Positions 36,764-41,560 of a stretch of DNA of 41,560 nt are shown piece by piece; position 1 is the first letter of the stretch, and every line of letters starts with the position of its first letter. The DNA is from Micrococcales bacterium UBA3913 (GTDB taxonomy: Bacteria > Actinomycetota > Actinomycetes > Actinomycetales > Microbacteriaceae): NCBI GenBank assembly GCA_002391425.1, contig DGEZ01000060.1:1-41560 (forward strand). Reading direction: 5' to 3'. The notes under the pieces are model-generated. The model was not told where the DNA came from, made no database searches, and worked only from the letters and a program-made list of their open reading frames with translations. The translations under genes and the position numbers were made by a program.

Positions 36764-38941
36764 TCAACGACCGTGACGGGTTCGGATGGATCCGACGCCG
36801 CGCAGTACGCCAAGGCCTCCCAGTGCGAGCATCACCCCCCATGCGAGTACCGGCGGCGCAGATCCCGCCGGGTCCGTGCTGCTCTCGACCAAGTGCGCGA
36901 TGACCTGGACTGTCTCAGCGGTCATGCCGAAATCGCCCGCCCATCCAGCCGTCGTCGACGTGGGCGCGATCGTCTCTACCCAGACGTAGTACCCCACGCG
37001 ATCAACAGTGACCGCTTCCGTCTCGAACACGCCATTGCCTGCGACCACTGTCGTGAGCGTCGCTGCCACGGGCAGATCAGCCGAAGGCAGAATCGGTTCT
37101 GCGAGCCACGGAGTGTCATTGACGAGGTGCTCCGGCGCCTCCGGCAGTGGCCCGTATAACGTCGAGACAATCTCGACAGTCGCCTGAGGGTCATTCCCGG
37201 ACACCTCGAGGACATCGCTGATACGGCTCCCCACGGAGACAATCGCATCCGACGCGCGGGTCACCACCTGCGGCTCGTACACGCGCAGGCTCACCTCCTC
37301 GGAAGCAGCCCACCCCGAGTTCCAGGCCTGGGTCGCATCCGTTTCCGCAATCGTCTCGGTCCACACGTAATACCCGGGATCGCTCAGCACAATCCCCTCC
37401 GTGTAAAACTCCCCGTTGCCCTCGACCGTGGTCGTCACCGTCCCAACAGCCGGCACCCCGTCGGGAATAGGAGGCGCCATATTCTGAGGGTCCTCGTTCA
37501 CGACGAGTTCGGGTTTTTCCGCGATCGGCCCCCACAGCGTTGACACAATGTCCAGGCGATGGCCCGGGGCATTCCCCGACACGACGAGCAGGTCGCGGAC
37601 GGCATCCCCCACGTCGGCGCGGTCATGTGAGGTGCGGGTCGTCACCTGCGGAGTCCACACCACGAGGGTCTCCTCAGATGGCTCATGCACACGCGCCGAC
37701 CAGTCTCCGGTGAAGTAGGTCTGGAACTCCTCCGGCTGTCCGGATCGTTCGAAAGACACCACCGGGTAGTAGTACCCCGGACCGTCCGGGGCGTCGGGGG
37801 CCTGCACACGGTACTCCCCCGGAGCACTGACGGTCAGCGAGGCAACACCGAAGGGTTCCCCCTCCGGCACGTCCGATAGTTCGGGAAGCGGATCCCCGGA
37901 GTAGAACCAGGCAACCGAGAATGTCGCAGGCACCGGCTGGCCGTCATGTTCGGGCCACTCCTGCTGCGCATCCAGCAGAACGGTGACCTGGTCTGTGAGC
38001 GCCTCGCCAGGAAGTATTCGCGCCGGGGCGATCGTTGACGCCCGCGGTGAGACCGCCCAATCGGGGACGAACTCCCGTGCATCGGACGCGATGCGTTCCC
38101 GCCCTGCCGTCGCCACCTGCTGCTGCGATCCCGAGATCGTCGAAATCTGGATGCCCGATGGTGCGGCACTGGCTGAGGCGGAAACGGTGAGATCCGTTCC
38201 CCCCTCGGTAATGCGCAGTCGCTGCCGCGTCGTCGTGCCCGACGTCACCGTCAGCTCGCGCGTTCCCGTCGACTCCCATACGGCCGCGCCAGACACTCGC
38301 AGGGTGATGTCCTCCTGTACGGCCGCCCCGGACGCCGTGTGAATCGACGGCACGACCACCAGCGCAGACCTGCGATCCGCGGCAACAGCTATCTCGGGTG
38401 CAGATAAGGTCCATGGCCCGAGCTCCTGCTGTGCTTCCGCGCGCATCCGATCTGACAGAGCGGATACCCCGGCACCCCCAAAATGGTCCGCTGCAGCGCG
38501 GAACAGCTCGCGCTTCTGCTGCCACAGCTCATTTGCGCCGATGAGATCGTGGACGGCCAGCGCGATCGCGGCATGCACCGTGGAACTCGTTGAGCTCGCG
38601 TACTCGCTGATGATGTAGGCAGCCCTCCGCTGCTGCTCCGTCTGCCCCCAGTCCAGCTGGCCCTGCCCCGCATCCGAGATGGGAACGCCGAATTCCTTGC
38701 AGAACCAGGCCACTCCGGAACCGGACTTGCGGTAGGAGCCCATGAACAAGTCGGTGAACGTGTGCCCCTCATACACGCCATCGAGCAGAACCCCGCGGAA
38801 CCGGGCATCGCTCTCCACGGATGCCCATGCGACTCCCCCCGTCATGGCCAGCACGATGGCGACACTCGCGGATGCCAGTGCCCACAGTCGTCGAACGCGT
38901 CGCCCTCGGGCGTCCGCATGTCGTGATCTCGGTGGACTCAT
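36764..38941 (-). CDS. large secreted/surface protein: signal peptide, N-terminal globular domain, three Ig-like repeats, C-terminal TM anchor
   Basis: N-terminus ...RGRRVRRLWALASASVAIVLAMTGGVAWA|SV. Three alignable ~125-aa modules. C-terminal hydrophobic segment plus RTRHGR tail. AAGGGGG lies 9 nt upstream of the ATG. Confidence 0.7.
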   Translation of the reverse strand: MSPPRSRHADARGRRVRRLWALASASVAIVLAMTGGVAWASVESDARFRGVLLDGVYEGHTFTDLFMGSYRKSGSGVAWFCKEFGVPISDAGQGQLDWGQTEQQRRAAYIISEYASSTSSTVHAAIALAVHDLIGANELWQQKRELFRAAADHFGGAGVSALSDRMRAEAQQELGPWTLSAPEIAVAADRRSALVVVPSIHTASGAAVQEDITLRVSGAAVWESTGTRELTVTSGTTTRQRLRITEGGTDLTVSASASAAPSGIQISTISGSQQQVATAGRERIASDAREFVPDWAVSPRASTIAPARILPGEALTDQVTVLLDAQQEWPEHDGQPVPATFSVAWFYSGDPLPELSDVPEGEPFGVASLTVSAPGEYRVQAPDAPDGPGYYYPVVSFERSGQPEEFQTYFTGDWSARVHEPSEETLVVWTPQVTTRTSHDRADVGDAVRDLLVVSGNAPGHRLDIVSTLWGPIAEKPELVVNEDPQNMAPPIPDGVPAVGTVTTTVEGNGEFYTEGIVLSDPGYYVWTETIAETDATQAWNSGWAASEEVSLRVYEPQVVTRASDAIVSVGSRISDVLEVSGNDPQATVEIVSTLYGPLPEAPEHLVNDTPWLAEPILPSADLPVAATLTTVVAGNGVFETEAVTVDRVGYYVWVETIAPTSTTAGWAGDFGMTAETVQVIAHLVESSTDPAGSAPPVLAWGVMLALGGLGVLRGVGSIRTRHGR
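36902..38056 (-). repeat. three tandem ~125-aa domain repeats inside the surface-protein gene (SpaA/Cna-B-like pattern)
   Basis: Shared pattern by eye: PQV.TR.S....VG....D.L.VSGN.P.....IVSTL.GP..E.PE..VN..P..........T.TT.V.GNG.F.TE.......GYYVW.ETIA......W (aa ~429-555 and ~556-680). A more diverged copy lies at aa ~296-428. Confidence 0.6.
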
Positions 38942-39150
38942 CGTCGATACCCCCTTGTGAGTGATGTACGTGGTGCACAGCAGTGTTTCGGCATCACGGT
39001 CACCTCAGTCGTCGCTCGCGGTGTCACGTGAACAACACACGGAACTCACCCCGGTGTGGAAAACGCCTCCCGTGAAGACACAGAGAATTCGTAGGTTTCC
39101 CGCCCCCGCCTCGCTAGGGTGAGAGGACATCTGACAGCAAGGAGACGAGC

Positions 39151-40293
39151 ATGCCCGGCACAGACACACCGCCGCCCCTCTGGTCGCGGGGATTCGGACT
39201 TGTCGCCACGCGCAGTATTCAGACAATTGCGATCCTCGGTCTCGTCACGATTGCCGCGGTGGCGGTCATGCACGTCAGCGTGGTTGTGATCCCCGTAGTG
39301 CTCGCTCTGATCATCACTCCGGCGATCTATCCGTTCGCCGAGTTTCTGCGCAGACATCGGGTGCCCTCAAGTCTCGCGGCGCTCATCGCACTGTTCTCCA
39401 TCGTGATCGTGCTCGGACTCGTCATTTGGCTGATCGTGTGGGCCGTGATCGCACAGTGGGATGACCTCGTCACAGCCACTCAGAACGGCATCGACTCCCT
39501 GCAGGGACTGCTGGCAACACTGCCATTCACTATCTCCGATGATTCCCTGTCCCAGATGTGGTCGTGGCTGACCGACTTCCTGCAGAGCAGCACGTTCAGT
39601 TCTGGTGCACTCGCTGGACTGTCCGCCACCGCAACGTTCTTCACTGGGTTCGGTGTATTCATCGTCGTGTTCTACTTCTTCCTCAAGGACGGACCGGGCA
39701 TCTGGGAGTTCCTGCTTCGGCCCTTCCACGGCGCAGGCTATGAGCGCGGGTGGCGCGCTGGGCGACAGGCCACCGCCACCTTCGGCAATTACGTGAGAGG
39801 CACCACGATCGTCGCCGCTGCGGATGCGGTGGGCATCGGTGCGGGCCTGTTCATCCTGCAGATCCCCCTGGCCCTGCCCTTGGCTGTCATCGTCTTCGTC
39901 ACCGCCTATATCCCGATCGTGGGCGCGACTCTGGCCGGAATCGTGGCCGCTCTCGTCGCTCTCGTCGCGAATGGTCCGCTGGCCGCCGTCATCGTGGTCG
40001 GCATCGTAGTTCTCGTCAACCAGATTGAAGGGAACCTCCTGCAGCCTCTGGTGATGGGACGTGCGCTCAAGCTCCATCCCCTCGTCGTCCTGATCGCCTT
40101 GACCGTCGGCGCCACCTTAGGCGGGATTCTCGGAGCGATCGTCGCCGTTCCGCTGACCGCGGCGGCGTGGGCCGTCCTGCAGGTGTGGGATGGTCCCGAC
40201 ACTCCGGCGGGCACTGTGCGTCCCAAAGCACCCGAGGAGGCGCAACGCCGAGAACCGGGCGTACAGGATGATCAGCCCTCAAACAGCGACTGA
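39151..40293 (+). CDS. AI-2E family transporter (second paralog)
   Basis: Same architecture as the 3872-5056 gene (...AYIPIVGATLAGIVAALVAL... and ...NQIEGNLLQPLVMGRALKLHPLVVLIAL...). AAGGAGA precedes the ATG. Confidence 0.85.
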   Translation: MPGTDTPPPLWSRGFGLVATRSIQTIAILGLVTIAAVAVMHVSVVVIPVVLALIITPAIYPFAEFLRRHRVPSSLAALIALFSIVIVLGLVIWLIVWAVIAQWDDLVTATQNGIDSLQGLLATLPFTISDDSLSQMWSWLTDFLQSSTFSSGALAGLSATATFFTGFGVFIVVFYFFLKDGPGIWEFLLRPFHGAGYERGWRAGRQATATFGNYVRGTTIVAAADAVGIGAGLFILQIPLALPLAVIVFVTAYIPIVGATLAGIVAALVALVANGPLAAVIVVGIVVLVNQIEGNLLQPLVMGRALKLHPLVVLIALTVGATLGGILGAIVAVPLTAAAWAVLQVWDGPDTPAGTVRPKAPEEAQRREPGVQDDQPSNSD

Positions 40294-41507
40294 CCGACGA
40301 AACCTCCCTCCGCGCATCCCGGCGGGATGGCGAACACCGCAGACCCCACCGGCGTCGTCCACTGATTGAGCAAGTCGCCCTGGGCGAGACGCCGCTGGAT
40401 GGGGACGAATTGCGCGGAGACATCCTGCTGGAAAGACCCAAACAGCAACCCGACATCGCCCTGCTCGCCAGAGACGTCACGCTCATAGTTGTAGGCGAAA
40501 CGGTAGATCTGGGGAGCACTGCCGTCTCCTCGGGCACGGCGGATATGCGCATAGCTGCCGATCACCGGGAACCCCAGACCGTCAGTCGCCGAGAAATCCG
40601 GATCGTCGTGTTCCTGGCTGCCGGTCAGCGGTGCGCCGGTATCCAGGGTTCTCCCCACCGACTCCTCACGCGCCGTGCGATCCACCTGCCCCCAGGTAGA
40701 CATGTCCATCGAGATCCTGCGCAGGACGAAGCTCGTCCCCCCGTCCAGCCACGTGCCGGAGCCGGAAATCCACACCACGGAACGGAAGTCGTCTGTCCCC
40801 GGGGACGGGTTGACCGTGCCATCGACCTGACCGAAGAGGTTCCGCATCGTCACAGACCGCGCCTGCGTGCCCACCGCACGCCGGAACCCGGACTGACGCC
40901 AGCGCAGAGAACCAAAGGACGTCATATCCGTGGACAGCACCTTCACCGCGTGGCTCAACGTGATCTGGTCATCGCAGGACACGATGAGGAGGAGATCCCC
41001 ATCACTCCACTGATCCTCCAGCTGGTCGATCTCAGCAAAGGACGGCAACGGCCCCAACCAGCTCGGCGCAGCCGTTTGAGAGACCCGCGAGACCATGCCC
41101 GGGCCGAAACCGAATGTGACAGTGAGATTCGCGGGCACCTCAGCGAGCTCGCGCTCCACATCAGCCAGCGGGGCACTGCCCTGCGTCAGCCGGGCTGAAT
41201 CCTCGGTGAGCACCCGCATCATCCGGGTGAGCGCAGCGGCGTCCACATCGTCGTGCAGGTCAAATGAGACGAACACCGCAAACGCCCGAGGGCTGACCTC
41301 CACCCCGGCCTGATGCTCCCCGTAGAAGCTGATCGTCTGTTCCCCGAAGGTGCTCGTGGACTGCTGTGCCTGTCCCGACGGGGAGGACGTCGGGTGGAGC
41401 ACAGCGTCTGCGCCCAGGGCCGCGGCGCTTCCGGCACCGGCGGCCGCCCCTCCCAGGAGGAGCTGCCGCCGGCTCAGCCGCGAAGGGTGGCTGTGCGCCT
41501 CCCCCAT
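40272..41507 (-). CDS. efeB: Tat-exported Dyp-type peroxidase (EfeB-like)
   Basis: Twin-arginine signal SRRQLLLGGAAAGAGSAAA, GxxDG motif (FGQVDGTVNP) and Dyp C-terminal domain. Start is ATG 41507 or GTG 41510; both overlap the stop of the upstream ORF. Confidence 0.85.
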   Translation of the reverse strand: MGEAHSHPSRLSRRQLLLGGAAAGAGSAAALGADAVLHPTSSPSGQAQQSTSTFGEQTISFYGEHQAGVEVSPRAFAVFVSFDLHDDVDAAALTRMMRVLTEDSARLTQGSAPLADVERELAEVPANLTVTFGFGPGMVSRVSQTAAPSWLGPLPSFAEIDQLEDQWSDGDLLLIVSCDDQITLSHAVKVLSTDMTSFGSLRWRQSGFRRAVGTQARSVTMRNLFGQVDGTVNPSPGTDDFRSVVWISGSGTWLDGGTSFVLRRISMDMSTWGQVDRTAREESVGRTLDTGAPLTGSQEHDDPDFSATDGLGFPVIGSYAHIRRARGDGSAPQIYRFAYNYERDVSGEQGDVGLLFGSFQQDVSAQFVPIQRRLAQGDLLNQWTTPVGSAVFAIPPGCAEGGFVGQSLFEG

Positions 41508-41560
41508 CACTGGCCCTCGGATGAGGTCATATCCGATGACATAGAGGTAGCCGACGCGGA
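41507..41560 (-). CDS. 3' end of an upstream minus-strand CDS (17 codons visible); EfeO-like is only a positional guess
   Basis: The open frame ...SASATSMSSDMTSSEGQ* ends at TGA 41509-41507, overlapping the efeB start. Too short for homology. Confidence 0.3.
   Translation of the reverse strand, partial: SASATSMSSDMTSSEGQ

Noticed and set aside
38998-39045. TGTCACGTGAACA near-palindrome in the adhesin / AI-2E divergent region.
   Set aside because: Imperfect: one base is missing from the left arm, and only the CACGTG core is symmetric. A 6-bp palindrome is expected by chance.
39086-39100. TAGGTT half-site resembling an IdeR/DtxR iron box upstream of the second AI-2E gene, near efeB.
   Set aside because: Only one half of the 19-bp palindromic consensus is present. 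It is not upstream of the efe operon, whose promoter lies outside the window.

Overview
GC-rich actinobacterial chromosome segment; gene content looks Actinomycetaceae-like, which is inference only. I call about 45 CDS. I found no rRNA, tRNA, CRISPR array, transposase or phage genes. The backbone is the conserved actinobacterial housekeeping block, almost all on the minus strand: cdsA-frr-pyrH, tsf-rpsB, xerC, dprA-comM-yraN, DUF2469-rnhB-lepB-rplS, trmD-rimM-KH-rpsP, ffh. This is the same order as the M. tuberculosis Rv2881c-Rv2916c region. Many ORF-track entries carry spurious N-terminal extensions. I re-called those starts from Shine-Dalgarno spacing, ATGA/GTGA stop-start overlaps and family-typical N-termini. 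Accessory material sits between the conserved blocks. (1) A TetR / SCP2-like / class-III aminotransferase / MFS cassette (11.8-15.9 kb) with a perfect 22-bp palindrome at its 5' end. (2) A glutamine-amidotransferase-like hydrolase and a GCS2 carboxylate-amine ligase inside the ribosomal-protein block. (3) A right-hand region (31.2-41.5 kb) with a lower-GC lsr2 gene and an AT-rich spacer, a pyruvate-node cluster (alsS-alsD, acyP, poxB), a large repeat-containing surface protein, a second AI-2E transporter and a Tat-dependent Dyp peroxidase (efeB-like). I cannot demonstrate a clear-cut new multi-gene system from sequence alone. The best candidates for follow-up are the TetR-gated cassette with its operator, the surface protein with a thioester-domain-like N-terminus and no LPXTG, and the three-TM two-ectodomain protein coupled to a thioredoxin/TPR co-chaperone.
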